Source: an uncultured Candidatus Actinomarina sp. (GTDB lineage: Bacteria; Actinomycetota; Acidimicrobiia; Actinomarinales; Actinomarinaceae). Taken from it: a stretch of DNA of 64,000 bases. Of this stretch, positions 8,964-18,344 are shown piece after piece (the first letter of the stretch is position 1; every line of letters starts with the position of its first letter). The position numbers were made by a program, and so were the translations under genes. The stretch lies in the NCBI GenBank assembly GCA_902595195.1, contig CACJPC010000001.1, positions 86,654 through 150,653 on the forward strand. The letters run 5' to 3'. The notes under the pieces are model-generated. The model did no database searches. It was not told where the DNA came from and worked only from the letters and a program-made list of their open reading frames with translations.

Positions 8964-9788
8964 TTATTGAATTTTTACATTTTTTAGTTTATTAATAAAA
9001 AAGCAAATTATAAATATACCAGTTGCAACTAACGACATTGTTGGACCTGAAGGCAGATTATAAAAATAAGATAAATATAGCCCGGAAACTGACGAAATAA
9101 TTCCAAAAATAATACTTATATAGATTGAAGACACAAAAGTGTCTGTTATTTGTTTTGATGCAGCAGCGGGTATCAGAAGCATGCTTAAGACCAGAATAAT
9201 ACCTACTGTTTGAAGTGAAGCAACAATTGCTACTGATAAAACAACAAGAAATAGGTAATTTAAAAAATTTGTATTTAAACCTTTAACTTCAGCACCAATA
9301 GGATCAAAAGAATAAAACAGCAATTGCTTGAAGAAGACTATTAAAAGACAAATTACAACGATACACATTGAAACAACTATGTAAACATCGATTCTACTGA
9401 CAGCTAATATTTGACCAAAAAGTAAATCTTCTAAATTAATAGTTACATTAAGTATTGATATTAAAACAAAGCCAAGGGCAAAAAAGGAAGAGAAAATAAT
9501 ACCTATTGCAGTATCTTCACCAACATTTGAATTTTTAATAATATATCCTAGAAAAAAGGCAATCAAAATAGCAGCTGGAATACCTAATTCAGAAATACTG
9601 AACCCGAGAAAAACACCTATTGCAATAATTGGTAGGGTTGCATGAGCCATTGCATCAGCCATAAAGCCCATGTTTCTATTTATTGCAAAAGGCCCTAGTA
9701 ATGAAAGCATGGTTCCTGAAGCTATGGCTGTGATAGTTGAGCGAACCATAAATTCATATTTGAAGGGCTCGATTAAAATCTCAATCAT
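8964..9788 (-). CDS. znuB: metal (Zn/Mn) ABC transporter permease, ABC-3 family
   Basis: Polytopic ABC-3-type sequence. The track ORF runs to 9857, but the ATG at 9788 (MIEILIEPF...) overlaps the upstream ATPase stop by 8 nt (ATGATTGA), which is typical of coupling. Confidence 0.8.
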   Translation of the reverse strand: MIEILIEPFKYEFMVRSTITAIASGTMLSLLGPFAINRNMGFMADAMAHATLPIIAIGVFLGFSISELGIPAAILIAFFLGYIIKNSNVGEDTAIGIIFSSFFALGFVLISILNVTINLEDLLFGQILAVSRIDVYIVVSMCIVVICLLIVFFKQLLFYSFDPIGAEVKGLNTNFLNYLFLVVLSVAIVASLQTVGIILVLSMLLIPAAASKQITDTFVSSIYISIIFGIISSVSGLYLSYFYNLPSGPTMSLVATGIFIICFFINKLKNVKIQ

Positions 9789-10572
9789 TGTTTTGCTTGT
9801 GACTTTCTGAGGTATGATATTTGAACATATCATAATGTGAACCATACATCTCTTCAATTACTTCTTTTGTTAATACTTCTGATGGATCTCCATATGCACA
9901 GCAATGTCTATTGAGACATAGAACCTCATCAAACTTATCTTCTAGATTGTTTAAATCATGTGTAGCAACAAGAATTGTCTTGCCATCAAGATTGATATCA
10001 CTTATTAAACTCATAATGTCTTCTTGTGCACCTACATCAACAGCGCTAAATGCTTCGTCTAATAAAAGAATGTCTGCGTCTTGTGCGAGCCCTCTTGCAA
10101 TTAATACCCTCTGAAACTGACCGCCTGATAGTTTGTTAATATTTACGTTAATCTTTTCTAGAAGACCCACATTTTCAAGAGCTTCTTTAATCTTTGAGTT
10201 TATTTTATTTCTTGAAAAAAGGTTCAACGACTTCTTACTAATCAATCCCATCTCGACAACTTGTTTGACTGAAAGTGGAAAATTTCGATTTATTAAATCT
10301 CTTTGGGGGACATAGCTAATAGACCCCTTTGCTTCTTTAGGGCTTAATCCATTAATTTTCAGTGATCCATTAACTATAGGAACTATGCCTGCCATTGCAT
10401 TAAACAAGGTCGATTTACCTCCACCATTAGGACCAACTACTGCAACTTTTTTACCTTTATTTATACGAAAAGTTACATCATCTAATGCGGGTGTTGTACC
10501 TAGTTGAACACAGCAACCATCTGAAATGATGATTGCTGTGTCATCTAATAACTTATCTTCTGTTGTTGTCAC
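9781..10572 (-). CDS. znuC: metal ABC transporter ATP-binding protein
   Basis: GTG start. Walker A GPNGGGKST, signature LSGGQFQRV and Walker B LLLDEAFSAVD are present. Confidence 0.85.
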   Translation of the reverse strand: MTTTEDKLLDDTAIIISDGCCVQLGTTPALDDVTFRINKGKKVAVVGPNGGGKSTLFNAMAGIVPIVNGSLKINGLSPKEAKGSISYVPQRDLINRNFPLSVKQVVEMGLISKKSLNLFSRNKINSKIKEALENVGLLEKINVNINKLSGGQFQRVLIARGLAQDADILLLDEAFSAVDVGAQEDIMSLISDINLDGKTILVATHDLNNLEDKFDEVLCLNRHCCAYGDPSEVLTKEVIEEMYGSHYDMFKYHTSESHKQNND

Positions 10573-10616
10573 TGTGATACCTTTCTTACGGGTAGGGAAA
10601 GTTATCTACAACTAAC

Positions 10617-11645
10617 TTAATCAGTATTTGTTAAATTCTCCACAATTAATTCCACAGCAGTCATTAAAAACTCTGGATAGGTTTGACCAGGCCTTAAGGT
10701 CTCTACCCATAAGCCTTCTACAGCTTTTATTCCTGTCTCAGCGACAATTGTTTCAGCGTAAACAGATGGGGCTTCTGCCTCAATAAAGATCACCTTTATA
10801 TTATTATCTTCAATTACATCAATTACACCAACAAGTTGTGCTGGTGAAATCTCGTTTGAAGAATCTAAATCAGGAATAATTGTGGATAATACTTCAAGTC
10901 CAAACTTAGCTTCCAAATAACCTAAAGACTCATGTGTAGTTATGAGCTTTCTGTTTTGAGAAGGTACTGAAGAAATTAATTCAGATACCTGATTAACTAA
11001 CCCTTTTAGTTCAGTCACATAAGCAGATCCTGCTGCTTCATAGTCAGAGGCATTACTTGGGTCAAACTCAACTAATTTTGACTCTATAAACTCTGCTGCA
11101 TAAGCAACTCTGTTCGGATCGAACCAAAAGTGAGGGTCATATGCTCCATGGTTGTGGCCGTCATGGTCATCATGTCCCTCTTCGTCATGGTCATCATGTC
11201 CCTCTTCGTCATGGTCATCATGTCCCTTTTCACCGTGGTGGTCGTCATGACCGCCTTCTTTAAACTCTATTGGAAAAACATTTTCTCCAACTTCTGCTAA
11301 AGCTTCTGCACCACAAACTGAATTTTCAAGAAGTTCAATTAATGGAGCTGGCTCATACATTAACCCTGTGTAGAAAACTAGATCTGCATCAGCTATTTTC
11401 CCAGCATCTTGAGGGGCTGGTTCGTACGTATGGGGATCAGCCTCAGGCGGCATTAAAACTGTAAGGTTTATATTGTCTCCACCTACTTGGCTAACGAATT
11501 CTCCAATCATTGGTGTAGTTGCTACAACATTAATCTCTCTTCCATCTATTTCAGGACAACCTGCCTCAGCGCTTCCACCGGAGCAAGCTATCAACACTAA
11601 TGAAAGTGCGATCACACCAAATCTAAAACTTAGTTTATTTTTCAA
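10617..11645 (-). CDS. znuA: metal ABC transporter substrate-binding lipoprotein with His/Asp-rich loop (ZnuA-like)
   Basis: TTG start with an AAGGAGA Shine-Dalgarno and a lipobox LIAC. TroA/ZnuA-like fold motifs are present, plus the loop HDDHHGEKGHDDHDEEGHDDHDEEGHDDHDGHNHG that is characteristic of zinc-specific ZnuA. Confidence 0.8.
   Translation of the reverse strand: MKNKLSFRFGVIALSLVLIACSGGSAEAGCPEIDGREINVVATTPMIGEFVSQVGGDNINLTVLMPPEADPHTYEPAPQDAGKIADADLVFYTGLMYEPAPLIELLENSVCGAEALAEVGENVFPIEFKEGGHDDHHGEKGHDDHDEEGHDDHDEEGHDDHDGHNHGAYDPHFWFDPNRVAYAAEFIESKLVEFDPSNASDYEAAGSAYVTELKGLVNQVSELISSVPSQNRKLITTHESLGYLEAKFGLEVLSTIIPDLDSSNEISPAQLVGVIDVIEDNNIKVIFIEAEAPSVYAETIVAETGIKAVEGLWVETLRPGQTYPEFLMTAVELIVENLTNTD
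11160..11229 (-). repeat. 24-bp in-frame tandem repeat encoding the EEGHDDHD units of the ZnuA His-rich loop
   Basis: GTCATGGTCATCATGTCCCTCTTC is repeated about 2.5 times on the plus strand. It is a coding repeat, not a CRISPR array. Confidence 0.85.
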
Positions 11646-11671
11646 AAAATTCTCCTTCTAATAATCACAAT

Positions 11672-11692
11672 AAATGAGATTAAGTCTCATTT
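11672..11692. promoter_or_regulatory. candidate Zur/Fur-family operator (AAATGAGA-N5-TCTCATTT; core TGAGATTAAGTCTCA)
   Basis: The palindrome lies in the znuA-zur divergent intergenic region, 27 nt upstream of the znuA TTG. A third half-site TCTCATTT sits at 11723-11730, and AGAATTATTCT, palindromic about its central T, sits at 11715-11725. Confidence 0.5.
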
Positions 11693-11759
11693 ATTTTTTT
11701 GTCAAGCATATTTAAGAATTATTCTCATTTTTTTTCAAGTTGCAAAGTATAATAAATTC

Positions 11760-12197
11760 ATGTCAGAAAGTTCAAGAAAAATATTATCAGAACGCAATGT
11801 GTCTATTACCAATCCAAGAATTCTTGTTCTTGAAGCATTGATGGAAAATCGTAATCCTCAAACAATTGATGAACTTCAGAAAAAACTTAAAGACAAAGTA
11901 GCAAAATCAACACTATACAGAGTTTTGGGCGACTTAAAGAGAATAAATATCTTGAACGAGTTTACTTCTCCGGATAACACAACAGTTGTTGAACTGCTTT
12001 TAGAAGACCATATTCATCACCATCATCTATTCTGTAGTGACTGTGGTGAAATAATTGATGTAAATTTATCAAATGAATTTGAAGATTTGTTATCGGAAGA
12101 AATAAGAAAAATTGAAAAAAAATTTAATTTTGTAATTAACGACCACAGAGTCGAAATGTTTGGAATATGTACTGATCAGTGTTCTAACTGTAAATAA
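11760..12197 (+). CDS. zur: Fur-family transcriptional regulator, probably zinc uptake regulator Zur
   Basis: ORF track. It has a winged-helix N-terminus, HIHHHHLFCSDCG and CTDQCSNC metal sites, and is divergent from znuACB. Confidence 0.7.
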   Translation: MSESSRKILSERNVSITNPRILVLEALMENRNPQTIDELQKKLKDKVAKSTLYRVLGDLKRINILNEFTSPDNTTVVELLLEDHIHHHHLFCSDCGEIIDVNLSNEFEDLLSEEIRKIEKKFNFVINDHRVEMFGICTDQCSNCK

Positions 12198-12199
12198 AA

Positions 12200-12379
12200 T
12201 TAAAATATTAAAGCTATTAAGTTAGCGTTCAATAGCATAGATTGAATAACCTCAAAAGAATGGATTTGCTCTGGTGTTGTTGTGAGTGGAATTGTCATGT
12301 ATTCACCATCAAACACGTTCTCTACTGCTAAGGCTGTTTCAATAAATTCGTTCTGAGTAATGTTACAAACTATACACAT
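12200..12379 (-). CDS. hypothetical 59-aa ORF (below the ORF-track cutoff)
   Basis: Codon-by-codon manual translation gives MCIVCNITQNEFIETALAVENVFDGEYMTIPLTTTPEQIHSFEVIQSMLLNANLIALIF. It fills an otherwise empty 257-nt gap. There is no recognisable family and no clear RBS. Confidence 0.2.
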   Translation of the reverse strand: MCIVCNITQNEFIETALAVENVFDGEYMTIPLTTTPEQIHSFEVIQSMLLNANLIALIF

Positions 12380-12454
12380 AATTTTTTCCCTGTTTAATCC
12401 ATATTAATTGTAGTGTGGATTTGATGATTGAAAAACATATAATTAAGTTATCCA

Positions 12455-13690
12455 ATGTTTATTGAACCTAGCTTGGGTCACGGAATTATAAACGTTGGGG
12501 ACTTGCCTATTCCGTTCAATATGGTTCTCAATGCAGCGGTTTTAACTGTAGTTCTTACTTTTGTATTTCTAAAAGTTTCTTGGAAGGAATCAATTTTAAC
12601 ATCTGAAGAGAGGCTTTTTTCAACAAAACAATCACCGAGCGGAAAGCTTTTAGGTCTCTTAGTGCTGGTTTTATTAACCGTTCCTGGTTTAGTAAATAAT
12701 GAAGCAGCTAAGGTTTCAATTACTCCTTTGATGTTATGGGTTTTCTTATGGATTGGAGTTCCTGTTCTTGGCCTTCTGTTTGGTGATTTATACGCAAAGT
12801 TCAATCCTTTATCAATAATTGTGAATCAAGAAGGGGATTCTAAAAATGTATATGTCGCATCTTTCTTGTTTATTTGTTTAACTTGGTTTGAATTAGTTTG
12901 GACCAAACCTGGCAATCCAAGACATATAGGTATCGTGTTTATACTGCTGATTGTCGTTGTATCGCTTATTCAAAAGTTTTACAAAAAAACTATTATCGAA
13001 GTTGACCCCTTACTTGTTCTTCATCATCTTTACAGCAAAATGAGGGTGACTCATAAAGCTCCTGTTTTCAGAAATCTTTTAAACAATCTCTCCAACCTGG
13101 CTCAGCTGAAAGGAATGGAGTACTTTATTCTTCTAATGATTGGGACAGTTACTTACGACGGACTAAGAGAGACAACATTTTGGTTCAACTTGTTTGGAAC
13201 TAGAAGCTATGAAACATCTTTTTCAACAATTGCTTTTCTCTCGATGAATTTGATTGTCATAATTTTTTATAGATTTGCTTGTTATTTTGCAATACGCGTC
13301 AGCGGAGAAAATTATAATCTTAATGAAATCTCGCTTAAATTTGGCCACACAATGCTGCCAATTGCTTTTGCATATCATGTAACACATTACCTAGGGCTAC
13401 TCTTGTTTGAGTCTCAAACATTGTTATACAGACTTAATGATCCTCTAGGTTTTGGGTGGAACCTATTTAACGCACAAGAAACTACTGTTGATTATTTTTT
13501 GGAGCCAATTGTTTTATGGACAGTTATGGTAATCGTAACCCTTGCAGGACACATGCTAAGTGTGGTTTTAGCTCATGATTTGTCGGTTAAAATATTTGGG
13601 CATCAAAAAAGTGATAAAACACAATATATTTTCTTATTCATAACAGTGGCATTAACATTGCAGGCTTTATTTGTGCTGAGTGTTCCATAA
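12455..13690 (+). CDS. polytopic membrane protein, unknown function
   Basis: ORF track, 411 aa with about 10 hydrophobic helices and an N-terminal GHGxxxxGDLPIP motif. I do not recognise the family with confidence. Confidence 0.7.
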   Translation: MFIEPSLGHGIINVGDLPIPFNMVLNAAVLTVVLTFVFLKVSWKESILTSEERLFSTKQSPSGKLLGLLVLVLLTVPGLVNNEAAKVSITPLMLWVFLWIGVPVLGLLFGDLYAKFNPLSIIVNQEGDSKNVYVASFLFICLTWFELVWTKPGNPRHIGIVFILLIVVVSLIQKFYKKTIIEVDPLLVLHHLYSKMRVTHKAPVFRNLLNNLSNLAQLKGMEYFILLMIGTVTYDGLRETTFWFNLFGTRSYETSFSTIAFLSMNLIVIIFYRFACYFAIRVSGENYNLNEISLKFGHTMLPIAFAYHVTHYLGLLLFESQTLLYRLNDPLGFGWNLFNAQETTVDYFLEPIVLWTVMVIVTLAGHMLSVVLAHDLSVKIFGHQKSDKTQYIFLFITVALTLQALFVLSVP

Positions 13691-13734
13691 AATATTCAAG
13701 CGACGTATAGTTTTTACTACTAATATTTCGGTAA

Positions 13735-16155
13735 ATGTTAAAAATAAGCAATAAATTAATCGTTTTATTCTTGTTTTTTTTAGTTGTTTCTGCCTGTTCA
13801 AGCAGTGATTCCTTGGGTCCTACGTTGGTTGAGATATCTTCTGATGAAGAAAGTGTAGATTTTGAAGAAGAAAATAATGACGAAGAAGATAGCGATGAAG
13901 AAGAAGCTGATAATGAAGTTACAGAATTTATACCTCCTGAATTACCAGATTTACCAGATCCAGCACTAAGTTCTTCTAAATGGAATCAAGTAAATGGACC
14001 ATTTGGTGGAACCGTAACAAGCTTATTTAAAACTGTAGATGGATACTGGGCAACTACAACAGATAACTCTGGGTTTGCCGATAGTAACTTATATTTTATT
14101 GACAAAGAAACTTTTACTTGGGAATTGAAAAAAACTATAGGCGGAAATATGGCTGGAGTTGTTGTTGGTAAACATAATCCAGATGGAGTTGCTTTCATTA
14201 CAGAAGCATCAAACACATCGGACTCAAAATTATTTATATCACTCGACAAAGGCCTCACATGGACAGAAACGAATCCCATAGGAAATTTTGAGCCTGGTGT
14301 GGTTGAATATACAGGAATTGCTATAGACAAAACTATGGATTTTCTATATGTAGCAGGTAGATATTTACCATTTGGAGAAGACTGTGAAGATGATGAAAAT
14401 GGAGATTGTTCTCCAATAGAAAACTCAGCTGTTTATATTTCTCCTGATTGGGGAGATCAGTGGACAAGAACTAATCCCGTGCCAAAAGGGGTGTTTGAAG
14501 AAATTGAGCTAGAAGAAGGACAAGAGCTTGATGAAGAAGAAATTGATAGAATCGAAACCGTATATGTCGATCCACAAAATCCAAGCACTATTTTTGTTGG
14601 GACTGACAACCTAGTAGCAAAAACCGAGGACTCGGGAGAAACTTGGAAAATAGTAAGTGAATCTTTTCATAGGTCAGATGTCAATGGTATTGCTATTCAT
14701 CCAGAGAACTCAGACGTAGTTTATGTAAGAGTTGGGAAATATACTTTTGCAGACTGTTTTAATTTAGAAGATGAAGACCCAGATTATGAAGAAGATGTAG
14801 CTAGGTATTGTGCTGGAATTTACAGAAGTGTTGATGGAGGAAATAACTGGGTTTTACTAGATGGAGTAAGTGGAGACCCTTCTGAAGGTGGTGTTTATGT
14901 AGATGATTTCAATGAAAATGTAGTTTATTCTGTGTTTTCAAGAGTTACGTTTATTAGCAAAGATGGGGGTAATTCTTCTGAAGAATTTCTAAGCACTAGC
15001 GAACACCCAATAATTCCTGATGTGGGTGTTGAAATAATAATGACAGGTGAAAATAGTACAGAAGTAATTATGGCTGGACTTCAAGGAGTGTATAGAACAT
15101 ACGACGAAGGAAGTAATTGGATTGAGACAAATACTGGATTTGTTGGTTCTGAGGTTGTTGATATAGCAACTGCTACTGATGGAACAATGTATGCAACAAC
15201 TTACAATATTGGAATATTTAAAAGCATTGATAGTGGTAAAAATTGGGGTTTTGCCTCTTTTGGAATCAAGAATTGGTACGGAATGCAACTAGCTCCTCAC
15301 CCTATTGATCCAGATATTGTATTTGCGACATTTGGTGGTGGTGTCTACAAGTCCGAAAATGCTGGGGGATCCTGGGAAATTATTGGTGGTGCGGATCTCT
15401 GTGACGATCCAGAACCAGGAGGTGGAAACTGTCATTATCACGGGATAATAGTTGAGACAGAAAGCCCCTACAAAGTATTAGTAGGTAGTGGAGGCGATCA
15501 ATCAGCTAAAAGAGGAGTGGGTATCACAGGTTCTGAAAACTTAGGTGAATCTTGGAGAAACTCAGACGATGGTTTTACTCGTGATGTTCACGTAAGCAAA
15601 TTAGTTATAGATCCAAATAATAGTGATGTGTTCTATGCCACTACTCAGGGTCAAACAGACTACACGGATAAAATAGGTGACGGTGCAGGTGTTTTCAAAA
15701 GTGTAGACAGAGGTTCAAGCTGGGAACAAATAAATAATGGTTTAAACACTTTAGAGACAAATGTTTTAATTGTTGATCCAAATGATTCAAATACTCTTTA
15801 CCTAGGTACTGACGATGATGGGCTTTATAAAAGCACTAATGGAGGAGCAAACTGGACACAGCTTAATGTACCACAAATATCTGAACCATTTGGCGTGGGT
15901 GATATTGCAGTTGATCCAAAAGATAGCAATATGCTTTATTTAGCAACAGTCGATTACTTTAGGCTTGCAGGAGACAGGGGTGCATTAGGAGATTTTGGTA
16001 TCTATAAAAGCACTGATGGTGGAACAACATGGGAAGATTTCAATAAAGGATTACTACACCCTGGAGTATTTTCTTTAGAGTTGAACCCTGAAACAAGAAT
16101 TTTGTACGCTGGTACAAGAGCTGGTGGGGTTTACTGGATAAGCCTAGAGGACTAA
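13735..16155 (+). CDS. secreted lipoprotein with about 12 BNR/Asp-box repeats (tandem beta-propellers, sialidase/GH74/Ycf48-like)
   Basis: Lipobox VSAC, an acidic DE-rich linker, and repeated S-x-D-x-G-x-x-W motifs (SLDKGLTW, SPDWGDQW, TEDSGETW, SVDGGNNW, SIDSGKNW, SVDRGSSW, STDGGTTW...). Confidence 0.8.
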   Translation: MLKISNKLIVLFLFFLVVSACSSSDSLGPTLVEISSDEESVDFEEENNDEEDSDEEEADNEVTEFIPPELPDLPDPALSSSKWNQVNGPFGGTVTSLFKTVDGYWATTTDNSGFADSNLYFIDKETFTWELKKTIGGNMAGVVVGKHNPDGVAFITEASNTSDSKLFISLDKGLTWTETNPIGNFEPGVVEYTGIAIDKTMDFLYVAGRYLPFGEDCEDDENGDCSPIENSAVYISPDWGDQWTRTNPVPKGVFEEIELEEGQELDEEEIDRIETVYVDPQNPSTIFVGTDNLVAKTEDSGETWKIVSESFHRSDVNGIAIHPENSDVVYVRVGKYTFADCFNLEDEDPDYEEDVARYCAGIYRSVDGGNNWVLLDGVSGDPSEGGVYVDDFNENVVYSVFSRVTFISKDGGNSSEEFLSTSEHPIIPDVGVEIIMTGENSTEVIMAGLQGVYRTYDEGSNWIETNTGFVGSEVVDIATATDGTMYATTYNIGIFKSIDSGKNWGFASFGIKNWYGMQLAPHPIDPDIVFATFGGGVYKSENAGGSWEIIGGADLCDDPEPGGGNCHYHGIIVETESPYKVLVGSGGDQSAKRGVGITGSENLGESWRNSDDGFTRDVHVSKLVIDPNNSDVFYATTQGQTDYTDKIGDGAGVFKSVDRGSSWEQINNGLNTLETNVLIVDPNDSNTLYLGTDDDGLYKSTNGGANWTQLNVPQISEPFGVGDIAVDPKDSNMLYLATVDYFRLAGDRGALGDFGIYKSTDGGTTWEDFNKGLLHPGVFSLELNPETRILYAGTRAGGVYWISLED

Positions 16156-16475
16156 ATTCTAGCTATTTTTTCTCCATCTTTGTTAGTAAATTGTCCTGTA
16201 ATGATAAGAATTAAATCTATTAATAACCATATTCCCAAGCCTCCAAAGGTGAGAAGCATTAATATTCCAGTCCCTGTTTTCCCGACATAGAATCTGTGCG
16301 CTCCTATAACTCCTAGAAGAAATGCTAAAAGCAAAGTTACAACCCATTGAGAATCGCTTTCTGACGGGCTACTTTTTTTAAGAAGTTTATCTTTTTGTGC
16401 GTCAAACTCTTCTTGAGATATAACCCTATCTCTGAGTAATTCATTTAACTTTTTAATTTCGTCTGCAGTGCTCAT
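16152..16475 (-). CDS. SHOCT + TM2 domain membrane protein
   Basis: The N-terminus EIKKLNELLRDRVISQEEFDAQKDKLL is SHOCT-like. The C-terminus GVIGAHRFYVGKTGTGILMLLTFGGLGIWLLIDL is a TM2 domain. Confidence 0.8.
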   Translation of the reverse strand: MSTADEIKKLNELLRDRVISQEEFDAQKDKLLKKSSPSESDSQWVVTLLLAFLLGVIGAHRFYVGKTGTGILMLLTFGGLGIWLLIDLILIITGQFTNKDGEKIARI

Positions 16476-16485
16476 GTTTCTATTA

Positions 16486-17748
16486 CTATTGTAACTTATT
16501 TTCTATACTTGCAACCCTTTCAGCAATTGGAGGGTGTGAGTAATAGTAAGAACTGTAAAGGGGGTCGGGAGTTAAATTAGAAGCATTATCTTTAGTGAGT
16601 TTTAATAAACCAGATATCATGTGTTCTCCATCAGTAAATTGAAAGGAAAAATCGTCTGCCTCAAATTCTCTCTTCCTAGATAAAGCAGATGTTATAGGTT
16701 TAGTGAAGAATGTATAGGAACCAATAACTAAATAGAACATTAAAAACTTTGAATACACTGTTAAATTTTCTAATCCATGGGCTATGAAAAAATTATCGCT
16801 CTTAAATATTTCATTTAAAATATAAAACCCTAGGAAACCAAAAACTAAAGAGCTAATTAATGTTTTACGAATATGTCCTAGTTTATAGTGACCCAGTTCG
16901 TGCCCAAGTATTGCTTCCATTTCATCAGGGTTAATTGTTTTTAGAAGTGTATCAAAAAATACAATTCTCTTGTTTTTTCCAAAGCCTGTGAAGAATGCAT
17001 TACCGTGTGTGCTACGCAAGCTTGCATTCATCACAAATAAACCTTTCGATTTAAAATCGACTTTTTCTAATAATTTTTCAATTGGTTTTTTAAACTGTTC
17101 GTCATCTAATGGTTCAAATTTGTTGAATAAAGGCATAATTAATACTGGGTATAAAAAGAAAATTATGGCCTGTAAGGTAAAGACTGCAGCAAATGCATAA
17201 ATCCACCATAGATCACCCGCGCTAATAATAATAAAAATTACAGTTGCATAAAGAATAGAAGATATTGCGCCAGAAATAAGGAGTCCTTTAAATATGTCAG
17301 TAACAAATGTTTTTCTGGTTGTTTTGTTAAAACCATGTCTTTCTTCAATCACAAAAGTTGAATATATTGATATCGGAATTGAAATTATCTCTTCAACAAT
17401 TATTAAAAGTAATCCAAGAAGTACTGCTCCCAAGACATTTGATGAAGTCATGTCCATAACAACTTGAGTTAAATAATTAAGTAGGCCCCCGATTGTAAAA
17501 ATGACAAGAACAACTGAGCCAAATAAAGCAGTAAATATCTGAAATTTAATTCGATCTGTATTGTAGAGGATTGATTTTTTGTACTCTTCTTCTGTTACAA
17601 CATTCTTAAATCTAGGCGGTACAGAGTCTTTGTTATTGTCAATAGATTTAAGGTTTCTTATTTTTAAATACGTTTCTAATAAAAACTTGATCAATATGAG
17701 AGCAATAAAAATTTGAGTAAAATTTGTGGAATTTAGAAAATCTTGCAT
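16486..17748 (-). CDS. M48 family zinc metallopeptidase (Ste24/HtpX-like)
   Basis: HELGHYKLGH is the HExxH motif. The protein is polytopic with a C-terminal EFEAD motif. Confidence 0.85.
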   Translation of the reverse strand: MQDFLNSTNFTQIFIALILIKFLLETYLKIRNLKSIDNNKDSVPPRFKNVVTEEEYKKSILYNTDRIKFQIFTALFGSVVLVIFTIGGLLNYLTQVVMDMTSSNVLGAVLLGLLLIIVEEIISIPISIYSTFVIEERHGFNKTTRKTFVTDIFKGLLISGAISSILYATVIFIIISAGDLWWIYAFAAVFTLQAIIFFLYPVLIMPLFNKFEPLDDEQFKKPIEKLLEKVDFKSKGLFVMNASLRSTHGNAFFTGFGKNKRIVFFDTLLKTINPDEMEAILGHELGHYKLGHIRKTLISSLVFGFLGFYILNEIFKSDNFFIAHGLENLTVYSKFLMFYLVIGSYTFFTKPITSALSRKREFEADDFSFQFTDGEHMISGLLKLTKDNASNLTPDPLYSSYYYSHPPIAERVASIENKLQ

Positions 17749-17771
17749 GTATCGATTTTAGACTAAGTGTT

Positions 17772-18335
17772 TTATAACCTTAAAGTTTTTTCAATTGTTT
17801 CGTAAACTTTATCTTCAGCTTTTTCTAAATAGGATATTAATTTTGACTCCTTCTTTTCTTTTTCTTTCCAAAATGGGGTCATAGCATTCCATATCCCTTC
17901 CCCTTTTAATTTCGAATAAAAAGAAGCACCGACATGTACAGCAATAAGGACGTAACTTAAAAAGGCAGAAAATTCATGTAAAACTATTGCTAATTCAATC
18001 CCTCCAGCTTCTATGGAAAAGAGCCCTGCAATCAAAAGTCCAGTCAGTGGAAGCATTACAAGAGTAAAATATACAAGCTTATGTACAGATTTTGCGATGA
18101 ACAAATGGCCTTTACGAATTTCAATATTTGCACCCAGCAAGGTTTCAGTGTCTTTCATGTAAAAATATCTGATGAAAACAATAACTAAAAACGCAACCGC
18201 AAATAAGATTTCAAAATTTAACAAAGCTGGATCTTCAAGTTCTGACAAATCTCCTACTTGTTTAAATATTCCATATGCATAGAGAATTGAAAAACTCCAG
18301 TGAATAAATTTAGCTAAAGGCGTGTGGGATTTCAT
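17772..18335 (-). CDS. four-helix membrane protein, cytochrome b561-like (tentative)
   Basis: An N-terminal FIHWSF motif and conserved His residues in the predicted helices (SVHKL, LHEF, AVHVG). The family assignment is by pattern only. Confidence 0.45.
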   Translation of the reverse strand: MKSHTPLAKFIHWSFSILYAYGIFKQVGDLSELEDPALLNFEILFAVAFLVIVFIRYFYMKDTETLLGANIEIRKGHLFIAKSVHKLVYFTLVMLPLTGLLIAGLFSIEAGGIELAIVLHEFSAFLSYVLIAVHVGASFYSKLKGEGIWNAMTPFWKEKEKKESKLISYLEKAEDKVYETIEKTLRL

Positions 18336-18344
18336 ACCAATATT

